In this document: piece by piece, positions 24,165-39,056 of the stretch
How positions within the stretch are numbered: the first letter of the stretch is position 1
How the letters are laid out: each line of letters begins with the position of its first letter
Assembly (NCBI GenBank): GCA_964106645.2
Contig: OZ067042.1
Origin: Podarcis pityusensis
Lineage: Eukaryota
Reading direction: 5' to 3' (one strand)
DNA: 64,000 nt
Translations under genes and position numbers: made by a program
The notes under the pieces: model-generated
The model's database searches: none
What the model was told of the DNA's origin: nothing
Seen by the model: only the letters and a program-made list of their open reading frames with translations

Positions 24165-24530
24165 AGAAAGTACTTCTTTACACAGCACATAGTTTAAACG
24201 ATGGAACCTGCTCCCACAGGATGACCGCCAACCTAGATGGCTTTAGAAGAGGATTAGACAAATTTGTGGAGGGCTGTCGATAGCTGCTAACCATGGTGGC
24301 TATGCTCTGTCTCCACAGATGGAGTCAGCAATGCTTCTGAATACAATTAAGTTCGTAACTAGAGGTACCACTGTACCAACCAGTTGCTGGAAGTCACAGG
24401 AGGGGAGAGGGCTCTTGGGCTCGAATCTTACTTGCTGGTTTCCCACAGGCATTTGATCGGCCACTGTGAGAACAGGATGCTGGATAAGATGGGCCCTTGG
24501 CCTGATCCAGCAGGCTCGTCTTATGTTGGA
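24165..24530 (+). mobile_element. CR1-type LINE 3' fragment, interrupted by a short MITE end at about 24345-24373
   Basis: GATGGCTTTAGAAGAGGATTAGACAAATT and GGCCTGATCCAGCAGGCT...TTATGTT, typical of reptile CR1 3' ends. Confidence 0.6.
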
Positions 24531-25245
24531 TAAAACGTAAAATACTAAAACAAAAGACAAAGCAGCAGGAAATCTCAGGTGGTTGCTGGTCTCTTCTGTT
24601 GAAATCAGCAGGCTGTTTTTATGTTCTTAAGTGAGTAGGCATCAGGGACTTCATGCTTTCGATCACCTGTGGCTGTGCTTCTAGAAGTTTCAGCAGCCAC
24701 CCAACAACATTTCTGAATATTATCTAATGGCAACTAGTCACTGAAATAGAAGCTTCTGAGGCATAATCGTTTCTGATAAAATATATTCTTTAAAAATCTA
24801 CTTTTCCACAGTGTAATGTAGAGTGAGCGCCCCACCTCTTGCTTCTTGCCTCACTTCACATTCTGACAGATAGACTATAGAAGGGAAGAGGATAAGATCC
24901 AGCTATTAAACTCAAGAGTCCTTGCTGTCTGTGTACATGAGCGCTTGTTTATGGTGTCGGGGTATGTGCAATACTCAGGAAAGTATGTGTTTTTAATTCA
25001 CTTTTTGGCTTAGTCTTGAGCTAGCCAAATAAGGCTTCGTGTCTTATGTGAATCGTACACTTAAGGGAGACTCTTGACCAATATTGGAGATTACAATGGG
25101 TGGTCTGTTGGGGCCAGGCCACTCATGGCTTTATATGCTAAAGTCAGAATTGTGCTTAGAAGGCTGCAAGATATAAATACAGAAGTCTGGTGTGCTGGAT
25201 TCTTGGTATTGCTTACTTGTCAGAGGCAAGTCACATTCTATATAA

Positions 25246-25494
<249 letters not shown>

Positions 25495-26237
25495 TAGTGT
25501 AAAGTATCTCTAGTTAGAAAGGATCTGGGTTGCAGGACTTTGAAAAAACTCAACCTGTGGAACTGCTGTCAGGCAGAGGAGATAGGCGAGAGATGGGTGA
25601 CTTGACAATATAAAACAGCTTTGGGTGCTTACATTCCAAAAGCGTTTCTTTACGCACCCATTACTTTCAGATCATATCAGTCTTTTCTAGTGTGCAAAAT
25701 GTATGTTGATGAAAAACTTACTTGAGGACTAGAATTGTAGGCTAAAACAAAGCTTGATTTCTGTAGTCTAGTTTTCTTTTACTGAAAAGAAGAGCACTTG
25801 TTATGCACGCTTATTTGTGGCTAGATAATTGTGTATGGATGCATGTGTGTGTGGACTTGCGAGAACTAAGATCCTTGTGAGTTCTAAGATTACAAAGGAG
25901 GAATAAAGCCATATACTGCTTGTGACACATAATTAGTAGTGGGGTGTCTTAATTCATCAGAGAGCAGCTTGACAATATCTTATCTATTTAATTTGATTTA
26001 TTAAATTTCTATACTGCCCTTCATCTGAGAACCACAGTGCAGTTTACAAAATAAAAACCCAAAAAATACAAAACATAGTAACAAACAAAAATAATGCACA
26101 CAGAGAAAGTTTGTGTGTGTTTAAAAGATTGTTTAATTAGTCAAAGTCCTGGGAGAAGAGGAATATTTTTGCCTGCCACCTAAAGATATGTAGAGAAGGC
26201 GCCACTGTTAATTGTTTTATGCATTTCTACTCCCAAG

Positions 26238-26375
26238 GGTACAAGTGAGAAGGATCGTCCATGTGAAACTTGTGGAAAGAATCTGGCGGAGTGTTTGGGT
26301 CATTATGGCTACATTGACCTGGAGCTGCCTTGTTTCCATGTGGGGTACTTCAAAGCCGTGATAGGCATTTTGCAG
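26238..26375 (+). CDS. POLR3A: POLR3A exon 3
   Basis: [46 protein letters not shown]. Confidence 0.97.
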
Positions 26376-26610
26376 GTAAAGTTGCATTTCATGTCAAGGA
26401 CTGGAGATGACAGAGATTGAGGGACACTTGACATGCTGTTCCAGTTGTGGGCCATTGCCTGTGATGATGTCCTCTGATAGGAGACCAGGGTTCAAATTCC
26501 CACTCAGCCATGAAGATCACTGGGTGACTTTGGGTCAGTCATTCTCTCTCAGCCTATCCTACCTCTCAGGGTTGTTGTCAGGGTAAAATGGAGAGGAAGA
26601 GAACTATGTA

Positions 26611-26899
26611 CAGTGGTACCTCGCAAGACGAAATTAATCCGTTCTGCGAGTCTTTTCGTCTTGCGGTTTTTTCATCTTGCGAAGCACGGCTATTAGCGGC
26701 TTAGCGGCTATTAGCGGCTTAGCGGCTATTAGCGGCTTTAAGAAAAAGGAAACAAACTCGCAAGAACTCGCAAGACGTTTCGTCTTGCGAAGCAAGCCCA
26801 TAGGGAAATTCGTCTTGCGGAACGACTCAAAAAACGGAAAACTCTTTCGTCTAGCGAGTTTTTCGTCTTGCGAGGCATTCGTCTTGCGAGGTACCACTG
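26611..26899. mobile_element. Tc1/mariner MITE, family D, inserted in an old SINE (about 26480-26940)
   Basis: Perfect TIR CAGTGGTACCTCGCAAGACGAA; TA flanks; internal 18-bp tandem repeat. Confidence 0.9.
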
Positions 26900-27232
26900 T
26901 ATGCTGCCTTGAGCTTACTGGAGGGAAGGTGGACTAGAAATTAATTACAGTACTGTGCTTACCTGATGTTCAATATATAAAGTTTCTGAGTAGTTATTAT
27001 TAATGAAGTGCTCAGTAGAATAGACTCCCTCCTCCCAAAAGCATTCATATAGATATTTGGACTTTTGCCATTTCCTTAGATTTACTGCATAGCATAGCTT
27101 TGAAGAAGAATACATGACAGGAAGCTCAACGCCTTCAACCTTCCGCAGTGTCCCTATATGTACATATAAATTTATGGAGTGTCCAAAGGTGTATTGGTTG
27201 ACGGCAAATTGTGTTTTTTGCTTCTGCTCTAG

Positions 27233-27404
27233 ATGATTTGTAAGACCTGTTGCCGTATCATGCTGACCTTCGAAGAACAGAAACAGTTTTTGGATTATCT
27301 GAAGAGACCTGGCTTGACCTACCTCCAGAAACGGGGTTTGAAAAAAAAGATCTCTGAAAAGTGCAGAAAAAAGAACACCTGTCCGTATTGTGGGGCTTTT
27401 AATG
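27233..27404 (+). CDS. POLR3A: POLR3A exon 4
   Basis: [11 protein letters not shown]...CPYCGAFN. Confidence 0.97.
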
Positions 27405-27687
27405 GTGAGTGCATTAATCTGCCCTTTGGTCCTTAAGCAACTTGAGTCTGGAACCGCTTAAGAACTTGAGAGCCTTACGGATCAGACAGGGGACCATCTG
27501 GACTAGCATCCTGTTTTCACAGTGGCCAGCTAGATGCCTATGTGAAGCTTGCAAGCAGGGATCCAAGTGCAAGAGCTCTCTCTGCTCTGCGGTTTCCAGC
27601 AGCTGGTATTCAGAAGGGTTCAGAAATACTTCACGGACAGATAGGCAGTATAAGACTGCCTCATATTATCACAGGTATTTGATTATA

Positions 27688-28035
27688 AGGTAAAGGTAAA
27701 GGGACCCCTGACCGTTAGGTCCAGTCGTAGCCGACTCTGGGGTTGCGGCGCTCATCTTGCTTTTTTGGCCGAGGGAGCCGGTGTACAGTTTCCGGGTCAT
27801 GTGGCCAGCATGACTAAGCCGCTTCTGGCAAACCAGAGCAGAAACGCCATTTACCTTCCCGCTGGAGCGGTACCTATTTATCTACTTGCACTTTGACGTG
27901 CTTTCGAACTGCTAGGTGGGCAGGAGCTGGGACAAAGCAACGGGAGCTCACCCCGTCGCAGGGATTCAAACCGCTGACCTTCTGATCGGCAAGTCCCAGG
28001 CTCTGTGGTTTAACCCACAGTGCCAACCGCGTCCC
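27688..28035 (-). mobile_element. Sauria SINE, full length
   Basis: TSD TATTTGATTATA 27676-27687 / 28036-28047. Confidence 0.92.
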
Positions 28036-28409
28036 TATTTGATTATAGATAGTGTCTTATTTTTGTTGTTGTTGAGATTTTCTATGTGCTTGTCACTCTC
28101 AGCTTTTAAAATTGTTGCTTGACTTTAAGAGTTGCTGCAATTTCTTGGTTGCTGTTTTATAGCCGAGATTATGTAATGCCTGAAAAAAAACCAATTTGAA
28201 CCAAACATTCTTAGTCTTAGTGACTAAACCACAATACAGTAATCTTATTCTACTGAAGGTTTTGGTCGGTGTGTCTCCTGTGCTCCTCATTTTTTCCTCT
28301 TTTTTTCTAATTCTGTTTGTAAAACATTGAGCATGACTCTGGAGTGCTGACCAATGTAAATTATTAAAATGCAAAAATGTGTGTGCAAATTTTCTGGATC
28401 TTCTTGTAG

Positions 28410-28564
28410 GTACTGTAAAGAAGTGTGGCTTACTGAAGATAATCCATGAGAAATACAAGACGACGAAGAAGATAATGGACCCCATTGTGTCTAACTTCAT
28501 ACAGTCCTTTGACACCGCTATAGAACATAATAAAGAGATTGAATCCCTACTGGGGAAAGCCCAG
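28410..28564 (+). CDS. POLR3A: POLR3A exon 5
   Basis: [17 protein letters not shown]...LLGKAQ. Confidence 0.97.
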
Positions 28565-29914
28565 GTAAATAATAAGAAATCTGTACAGTCTTGTATTGTT
28601 TCAGTTTTCTCTTCCTTTGGGAAGGGGGATTTCTCTTAGGTTGAAACAAACCAAGGATTTTTTTTTTTTTTTTTTGCAAAAGCATTTCTTGATGCTTAGT
28701 GCCTAGAGGATGGTAGCCTATCTTAGTCATGTTTTTGCTCTGCAGCAGGGTGGATTTGATTTAAATCAAATCAATTTAAACATTATATCATATGTATCCA
28801 TTTTTGTTAACTGATGTGGTTAAACATTTTTTTTTTAAATTAGCACACATTAGCACACACATTTAAATTAGCAGGGTTTTGCCTTTTATTCAACCTCCCT
28901 CCCACCTAGACACTGCTGCATACAGGGAGGGATAAGTTCGGTATGGAGCATACATGCCAGCAGAGCCAATCGGGTGCTTCTGCCACCAAATTTGCACTGT
29001 ATTAACCTCACCACTTCCCTGCCCCTCTCCACCCAGTATGCAACAGTGATTCGGAGGGAGGGAGGTCAGGTAAGTGACGCAGCCTCCCTCTGCCATCCGC
29101 TACTCGTAGCATTTATAAAACCAGTGAAGTGCCTTCTCTTGTCTACCCAACCTACAGATGGTTCACAACACCTTAAAAGAAGTTGGAGAGATTGTAGCGT
29201 AGCAGCTGAGTGTGTGGCTTTCTTGCAAAACCCTAGATTAAAAGCATTTCCAATTTAGTATGCAATCTTACACTTACCTGGGAGCAAGTCCCATTGAACT
29301 TAGGCTTACTTCTGACAGTTGCATTGTTGCAGGGGGGGTTTAGCAGCAAGCCTGTAAGAGCTTGACTGCGTGTGATCCTTGAGAATTTGGTTTGAGATGG
29401 TCAGAGTTGGGATTCTCAGGCTCTAGGAATCACTAGTCTAAGGAGGTCCCTTATCATTTCTGTCATCAAACTCTAATAACGGTTATTTGCCATGTGTGAG
29501 AGATGATGAGTGGGTGGTGACGAAAAGCCAGACATTCTTATTTTCTTGTCACGGAGGGAGGAAATGTAGCACAGGAGTCTGTGAAAGTACATGTGTTGTT
29601 GTACCAAAATCACTGAGTTATTGTGTGGGCTGAATCACTATAAATCTTGGCTGCCACTCGAAGAGCTGAATGTTCACTTTGCACAGTCTCCCAACTGCTG
29701 TAATCGGCTTGAATTTTGTCAAGGAAAGCTTTTAGCCTTGTGTGTCCCTTGGTAACAGCCTGCAATTCCATTAGATGCCCTGCCTCATACTCTTAAAACA
29801 ATTGTGTCTGGGCAGCTAGTGTACTTGTCCTTCATAAGCAAATACGCAGTCTAGACTCTGGGTTATGTGTGTGTATGAAGCTGCATATATTTGAAGTGTG
29901 TGGATGCAGTAGTT

Positions 29915-30164
29915 CAGGGGTCAGCAAACTTTTTCAGCAGGGGGCCGGACCACTGTCCCTCAGACCTTCTGGGGGGCCGGACTATATTTTGAAAAAAAAA
30001 TATGAATGCATTCCTATGCCCCACAAATAACCCAGAGATGCATTTTAAATAAAAGCACACATTCTACTAATGTAAAAACACGCTGGTTCCTGGACCGTCC
30101 GCAGGCTGGATTTAGAAGGCGTTTGGGCCGGATCCGGCCCCGGGCCTTAGTTTGCCTACCCATG
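29915..30164. mobile_element. hAT-type MITE
   Basis: CAGGGGTCAGCAAAC / GTTTGCCTACCCATG ends; 8-bp TSD CAGTAGTT. Confidence 0.88.
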
Positions 30165-30611
30165 CAGTAGTTGTTAGCATGTTCTTTCGGCTGACTGGAA
30201 TGTGTCCTTGGACTATGACAATGCTATTCCTTGCCTGGAACATTCATTTGCATGTGTGTAGAAACCTCTGATTTATGTGTGGCTGGCTTATAGCCTACTG
30301 TACAAAGTACAGTACTTTATACCATTGTTCTACCCACTTTTTTTGTATAGGGGATGGCCCAATAACTAGGAAATAGGCAAAGTTTGAGAAATGTCTGCTT
30401 AAGCCTTTTAAGCCTTTGTGTTCTAAAGAAAGTAAAGAACACATTTGTGATCCTTAAAACATGAAATGCTGGCACAACATTTTGCCCTTCCTTGTGGTTT
30501 TAAAGCTACTTGACAAATCAGTGGACAAGGCATTGCTTGAGTCTTAGCCAAAAACTGAGTTTCCCGCTCTGCAATGTTAAGTGTGTGATTGTAACCTTTT
30601 ACGTTTTGTAG

Positions 30612-30887
<276 letters not shown>

Positions 30888-31677
30888 TAGGTATGGATTG
30901 TGCTTCTTAACAGTGCTTTTTAGAATGCCGTCCTAAATTCATATGCTATTAGCTTTTGAATTTGTAGTAAAATGCATGGCTAGGGTCCATAGGAGACACC
31001 TTATTTTAGGTCCCCTTCAAACTCTGTGAGTGCCTGAGTTTTGTTGCATTCTTATTCTAAGCATATATACCTGAGGTTGGTCTGGGCCTGGGGTTGCCAT
31101 AAAGTTCCTGACCTCTTAGCTCCTTTCCTACCATGCAAATCTCCTATCCCTTCTGCTTATAGCTATGGTGTAATGTTATGTCTGCATCAGGCATCCTTAA
31201 TGAGCTTGTGGCTGGGGCAGGGATTGAACCAGGCTCTTCCAGAACCACCAAAATCACAAAGTTGTGGGGTTTTTTTTACACAGGAGTAAAACACAGATGA
31301 GACTAGGGACAAAGCCATTTCTCAGCCCCAGAGAATTCTTTTTTTGGGCAACCTTGCAGGGGTTAGGGTGCAATATGTTCCTAATCAAAGATCTTAACTG
31401 CAGCTAAAATACATTTGGTCTGGTAAAAGTTCTTAGTTCTCAGATCTTGAGTTCACATCTGGAAGTCCATATTCGGAATTGCTCAGAAATGGTTACTACT
31501 CTGGTTATTTTTGTTCTTTCCTTGTTTTGCAATAAAACTTTGTGAAAGAAATTTGATTTGTGATTCTCATAAGAACATCGTTACCTCCTTGCAGAACTTG
31601 CCGAATGTTCCCTAGAACTATGGAGTTGCTTTTGTTGAAATTTCCTTTCTTGAATTGGCTGTTTTGTTGTTGGGCAG

Positions 31678-31840
31678 CATAGAATATCAGGAGCCAAAAC
31701 TCAGATGATAATGGAGGACTGGGACTTCCTGCAGCTGCAGTGTGCTCTGTACATCAATAGTGAACTCTCTGGCATTCCTCTCAACATGGCACCCAAGAAG
31801 TGGACACGAGGCTTTGTTCAAAGACTGAAGGGAAAGCAAG
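31678..31840 (+). CDS. POLR3A: POLR3A exon 7
   Basis: [19 protein letters not shown]...QRLKGKQ. Confidence 0.97.
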
Positions 31841-32956
31841 GTAGGTGTTTCAGCATAATCTCTGGCTCCTGCTGCTATCACATTTGAACATGTGAAGTCC
31901 CCTTAAGTCATGTCCATCTAGCCTCAGTATTGGCTAGTCTGACAGAAGTTCTTTCTGGAGTCTGGTAGCGGAACCTTTTCCAAACGCTGTTCAGGTTTAC
32001 ATTTATTTCTTGGATTTTTATCTTGCTTCCGAAAGCAGTTTTTAGGGGGAAGTAATGATAGCAAACTCATTTGTGTGTTGAGCTCCATTACCAATTGCTG
32101 GGATATAGACTATCCCTCTGGGGTCATGTATTGCAAACGGTTCAGTTATATCGTAATGGTCAGTATGGGCTTTGTAGCTTTTGTGTGTTGGACTTGCCAG
32201 GCAGACTCTGCAGCTGATTGTCAAGGCGCTTGGCAATGGGCTACTAGTGTATTTGTGCATATTAACACTTGCTAGTGAGTTTTAACCCTTTTATTTCCTG
32301 ATACAATTGGTAAATCGAAATGAGCACAGTTGAATCTGCTATATTTTGTGCAATGGAGGCTGCTGTGCATTATACCTAATGTCCTCCATGGTATTCCCCC
32401 ACCTTAAATTCACACCCTTCCTGTACCAATACATCTCTGCCTATGCCCTTAAATCTTCAGCTCAATCCTTAGTCATCCAAAAGTCTTCTACTTGCTAGCT
32501 TAGGTAACTCCACCTTTGTTATCCGTTATACCTGTGTAAAACTCTCTTCTAAGAACATCTGCACAACAACACTTCTCTCTCTCTCGTCCTTCAAATACCT
32601 TCTTAAAATTCACTTTCTCCATGAAGCCTGTGGTTTAACCCTCTTGCCATCATCACTTACTGAAAAGGAGCTTAAATATGTTCAACAGAATTGAATGCAT
32701 ATTCTCCTACTTCCTTCGTCCCCAGCTACCCCATTGCTTATTCCTGGGTTACATTTTCAGACTCTATCCTCCTTGCAGCAGGAACACATTGTTTTATTTT
32801 TAAAACTGCATAAAGCACTCTGTACATTGATAACACCAAATAACAATAATAAAGAATAATAACTTTAGTTTATTTTCTCTGTGGAAGATCAGAGGGTTTT
32901 TTTTCTTGACCAGCTTCAGCTTTCTCTCTTTTCTCTCCTCCCTCCACTTCCTTTAA

Positions 32957-33109
<153 letters not shown>

Positions 33110-33363
33110 TGAAATATTCTGTTGTGTGGTGCAGTCCCTTGCTGCCGTAGCTTTCAGAGTGTCTGCACATGATTCTATCAAGATCAGATCTCAAGCTTTG
33201 TTTGAATCACCAAGTGGAATTAAATACCCTTTTGACTTAGGCTGTACTTGGGAAAGAGATGGATGTCAGACTTGCTCCTGGTATCATTCCATGTAAAGGA
33301 CAGGCCAGGTCCTGTTGATAGAAATTTAGCTGTATGTTGTCTGTTCCTTAAATTCAGAAGCTA

Positions 33364-33597
33364 CAGTGGTACCTCGGGTTTCAGACACTTCAGGTTACAG
33401 ACGCTTCAGGTTACAGACTCCGCTAACCCAGAAATAGTACCTTGGGTTAAGAACTTTGCTTCAGGATGAGAACAGAAATTGCGGCACGGCGGCAGTGGGC
33501 GGCCCCATTAGCTAAAGTGGTACCTCAGGTTAAGAACAGTTTCAGGTCAAAAACGGACTTCCAGAACGAATTAAGTTCTTAACCTGAGGTACCACTG
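33364..33597. mobile_element. Tc1/mariner MITE, family A
   Basis: TA-flanked TIRs. Confidence 0.88.
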
Positions 33598-33905
33598 TAA
33601 TCCGGTATCTTCACAATAGCATTCCCCCCTGCTCCTTGCACTCTTGCCAAGCTGAAAGGTCATTTAGTATGTATATTTTTATAGATGACATCTAATAATC
33701 TTGAAAAGAGTTGTAGTATGTGCACAAGAATAGGGCTAACCCAAACATGGAACTTAGCAAGTCCTCTAGTGCTAAAATTCCAGAAGTGTCTCCTTCTGTT
33801 TTCAAAATGCCTTGAAGAGACCAACAAGCGGAAGACGAGAACAGAGGAATCTTGTCAGTTGTGTGATGTAAAGGGATATCCCAGGGTATTGGGGTATTAT
33901 CTCTG

Positions 33906-34340
33906 TGTCAGGGAACTGCCATCAGTGCTGGAGGGAGAGAGCAAAATCCAGAGGGATTCCAGAGAGCGTCCCGGGATTGGGAGAGGCAGCCCATCTTCTG
34001 GGGAAGAGAATCAGCGTAGCACCAGTGGAGAAGGGGGGCGGATGGGGGAAGCGGCGAGGCGGTCCCATGACTCCTTGCCGGGGACCAGCGGGGAGAGTAG
34101 GGGTCCTTCGCTGCCTACGCCCTCCTTGCGCAGAAGGCTTTCGCGCAGAGAGAGTAGGAGGAGACTAGGCGTCAAAGAGCTTCTTTGCTGCAAGAAGTTT
34201 AAGAAACACCCACTGACGGATTCTGCCAGCGATTGAGACAGCCACGGGTGAGTGGCTGTCCGGACAGAAAAGGTTCACTCAGGCAACCCAGCCAGATGTT
34301 TGCACCGGCTTACGCACGAGCAACCCCTAGAACCACTACG
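33906..34340 (+). mobile_element. Solo LTR-like element (right end approximate)
   Basis: Starts TGTCAGGGAACTGCC like 42512-42966; flanks CTCTG / CTCGG. Confidence 0.65.
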
Positions 34341-34560
34341 CTCGGTTACAAAGGAGTGACAGGCATTTAAAATAACAGTAAGAAAATGCTATCTTGACTT
34401 AACTCTTGATCGTTTAATATGTTGTTGTTTGTGCTGTCTAGAATATAATACAGAGAAAATCACATAACTATGATTTACCCAGGGCAGCAAAAATTATTGG
34501 CAAAGCTCTGCACAAGAATTGTGCGAACTTCCGCTTTTAACTCGAGCATTCCTATTACAG

Positions 34561-34664
34561 GTGAATAAAGCTAACATCGACTTTATGAGGAAACTTGTTC
34601 GGAATGGTCCAGAGCTTCATCCGGGTGCCAACTTCATTCAGCAGAGGCACACACAGATGAAAAG
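34561..34664 (+). CDS. POLR3A: POLR3A exon 9
   Basis: [34 protein letters not shown]. Confidence 0.97.
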
Positions 34665-35445
34665 GTGTGGCCTTGTATCTGAAATAGACTCATTTTATTT
34701 GAAAGTCATTTAATTTGAAAGTTTAGTGCTTGTTTTGAACATACTGAGAGGCTATCTGGATTTTTTTCTTTCCCCTCTTTTCAGTTTCAATGATTCTTGC
34801 CTAAGATGCTAGTCTTGTTTGTGTAAACATTCAAAATTTGTTCCTTATACAATTCATTAAGTACTTGCCTTAAAAAGCAGTAGCACATCTGGTGGGCAAA
34901 ACTTAATTTTGATCCGGTTGCTTCTCCCTGCTCTTCTCCCAGACCTTCTCCCTGCTCTTCTCCCATGAACTGCTGATAATCATAATTACTAGGAGTAGGG
35001 CCTGCAGCCTTTCAGTGGGTAGGTGAAGTGATTAAAAACACTGAACTAAAAAGGCACAAAGGAACACACCCCAAGTTAACTGAGCAACATAGGTTCATAA
35101 GTCAAGAATTGTATAATGTGAGTCCTTATAAAACTGCAGGTAGCAAGTGCTGTCTTAAGAGATATTCCTTCTCACACAAGAGGGAATGCCCTTTCTGAGA
35201 GTGCACATGTATGCGTTGCAGTAGGCAGCATCTAAAAATGGATGCTTTCCCCCCTTCCAAAATCTATATTCATACATGTGTCTTAAGCATTCTTTAATGA
35301 TGATAACTTTCGTAAATTGTTGGTGTTTTCTGCGTCTGTTTGCACAAGTATATTCTCACCCTCCCTCTAACTTTAAAAAGTTACCTTCATTGTTGTAAAA
35401 TGGTACGGAAAAGCTTTCAGCTGTGATTTCCTTTCTTATCACTGA

Positions 35446-35772
<327 letters not shown>

Positions 35773-35844
35773 TAATTGGTCACCTAACACATACATCTAT
35801 TAGTTCTTAAGGCTTTCACGCAAGAGTATTATTCTTCTGTGAGA

Positions 35845-36263
35845 TGTTACAGATAGGTAGCCGTGTTGGTCTGCCATAGTCAAAATAAAAAAAATCCTTC
35901 CAGTAGCACCTTTAAGACCAACTAAGTTAGTTCTTGGTATGAGCTTTCGTGTGCTTATCCCATTATACATTCTTATCTCATTATACATGACTAAGCCATC
36001 TCTCACCTTCTCACCCCTTGCCTTTTCCTGTAAGACCCATTACAGTCGTTAAGAGTCGTCAGCAGGCTCATCCCAGCTATCTGCCTATCTCCCATTCCCA
36101 CCACCCTTCTGAGTAATACCCCTCCCCACCTTCTCACTATATAGAAGGATCTGGCAACTTCTGTTTCAGTGTATCTGAAGAAGTGTGCTTGCACACGAAA
36201 GCTCATACCAAGAACTAACTTAGTTGGTCTTAAAGGTGCTACTGGAAGGATTTTTTTTATTAT
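35845..36263 (+). mobile_element. Penelope-like element remnant in POLR3A intron 10
   Basis: Inverted arms about 35884-35954 / 36191-36261; flanking duplication TTCTTCTGTGAGA 35832-35844 / 36264-36276; TATA-like CTATATAG just before the hammerhead. Confidence 0.78.
36171..36208 (+). ncRNA. Minimal type I hammerhead ribozyme motif (PLE-associated), sense in the POLR3A pre-mRNA
   Basis: Identical 38-nt motif to 22622-22659. Confidence 0.7.
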
Positions 36264-36880
36264 TTCTTCTGTGAGAGAAAAGGAGCACGATCACTGATTT
36301 CTGCCTGCCAGGCTTCGGGCGTGATCTGTGTGATTTTTACATGATCCAGATAGTACATGTTGCCTGCTACCTTCTCCAACTTGAGTAGCTATTCCACAGC
36401 TTCTGTAATTTCATCTGTGTGGTACGGCTACCATTGCCCCAGATTCAAGCTAAGTAGAACATTATTCAAGTCAGATAAGGAAATGATCATGATTTGGCTG
36501 CCATTGAGAGATTCAGAGGGCAACAACGTGAAAACAGGCCTTTTCTGTGGTGGCTCCCCATCTGGAATGCTCTCCCCAGAAAGGCTCACCTAGCGCCATC
36601 ATTACATGTCTTTAGGCTCCAGGTGAAAACACTCTTATTACCCAGTCCTTTGGCCATTAAATAATCTATGGCCTGTTAGATTGGGGGGGGGGCTGTTATG
36701 ATTATTTTATTATGTTGTGTGTTATGTTCTTAATATTGCACACTGCCTTGGGATTTTGACTAAATAAATAAAATAACCCTAGGATCTTCTCCATTTTGCA
36801 GGAGAAGAGTTGTCATTCACAGAGGAGTTCCTTCTGTGATCACACCTCTCTCTCTGGACCATGTTAGCCAGTTAAACTGA

Positions 36881-37171
<291 letters not shown>

Positions 37172-37636
37172 TGAGATGGGGCAGGTTCACTGCCTGCTGC
37201 CTGATTTCTTTTACTAGTTGAAACCTTTTAAGAACTGCACAAAGTCTGCATTTTGCTAACTGCTCTCCTTCATGCTTCCACTTTGTGAGGAAGGGGAAGG
37301 AGTCGGAGATAAGTACAGAGGAAAGTTACTTAAAAGAAAACAGGGCAGAGAAACTGCTGAGGGCCAGATTTAGCCTGTGGGCCACATTTTGGCCCCATGC
37401 CTTTTGTAGAACAATCTTGTCAGGATGGAGTCATGTCTACACTGACTAGGCAGTAAAGCCCTATCAAACCCTAAACAGATTTATTGCATTAAGAAAATGC
37501 ACTGGAATATAACGTGTGTTTATATATGTCACAGAGAGGAGTAGAAAGATCTTGTAGTACTATGATCATGTACATAATAAGAGTTTTTGAAATATTGTGC
37601 CATGTTTCCCTAGTTAATATATCTTCCTTCATCTAG

Positions 37637-37706
37637 ACTAAAGCAAACTTGGTAACACCAAGAAATGGAGAGCCCCTTATTGCTGCAATTCAGGATTTCC
37701 TTACAG
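37637..37706 (+). CDS. POLR3A: POLR3A exon 12
   Basis: [23 protein letters not shown]. Confidence 0.96.
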
Positions 37707-38256
37707 GTCTGTATTTGAAGTCAAATATGCGTTTACTTGTGTTATGAGACACTCATTTGTTTTCAAGACCTCTTAGATCTTCCTTGCTCATGCGTGATAG
37801 AATAATACCTCCTTGCAAAAAAAAAAGAATTATTACCATGGTGTCATTGATATGGTGGTGCCTCTTCTGAAGAGGACTTTACCTGCTGGGCATGCCACAG
37901 AGATGCATGGGTGTAGAGGTGACCAACGATCTGCAAAGGAGGGTTCTGTATGGACTGCAGGATTGCATCAGTATTGGAACTTTTTTACTGAAGACCTGGG
38001 CCTAAGTGTGACCGCTGCTGAGATATTCTTAATCTTTGCCTTGTTGTCTCTAGGATGTGTACAAGGAGAGCCATGTGGTAAAATATTTGCCTTCATTGCT
38101 CTCTTTTTAAATACCTTTTGGTCTTTCTAGCGTCCAAAATGCAACCTGCATGAAATTTATTTATTTATATTAATACAGATAATTAAGATGCATTTTTCTT
38201 TCACGCCACTGCAGTTCCATGTGATCTGATTACGTTTAAATGTATTGCCAGTATAG

Positions 38257-38508
<252 letters not shown>

Positions 38509-39056
38509 TAATAAATTGGTGAGGTTCTTTTGCCTGGACGTGGAGCGGGTCTCCCTGGTGTTGTTGTATCAAAAGGCAAGCTCTGAGGCAGGGCAAGAGG
38601 CCTTTCTGGAGGGTGGCAAAGTCTCAAACTGGACAATAGCTGAACACATTTGTCTCCCCTGTGACGCTAAATGTGTTGCACTGCAGTTAATATACCATGT
38701 TGGGTTTCAAAAATGAATGTTCCCATCGCTGTTGCAGATAAAAATTTCCGTTGACTTCAGCTGAGCACACGCTGCTTCAGTTATCGATGTAATTCTTACT
38801 GGCGAAAAGATAACCATAAGGGTTTCCCCATTAAACGAACCATCTCTGCAGTGCTTGGTTGCAAATTCTGATTACAAAGAGACGGGTCTTCTTCCATTTG
38901 GTGGAAGGGAGCAGACATATTTGTGTGGCTGTATCTTTTGACCTCTGCCTCATGGATTGAATAAAGGGCAGGTTTTAATCTGTGATTAAAGCTTCAGTTG
39001 ATTGGTTTAATCAATTTAATTGGTAGAGATTGAAACCGTGGCACCATCCCATTGCT

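Noticed and set aside
26688-26739. Short direct repeats considered as a CRISPR-like array
   Set aside because: No spacers; it is a tandem repeat inside a MITE in vertebrate DNA
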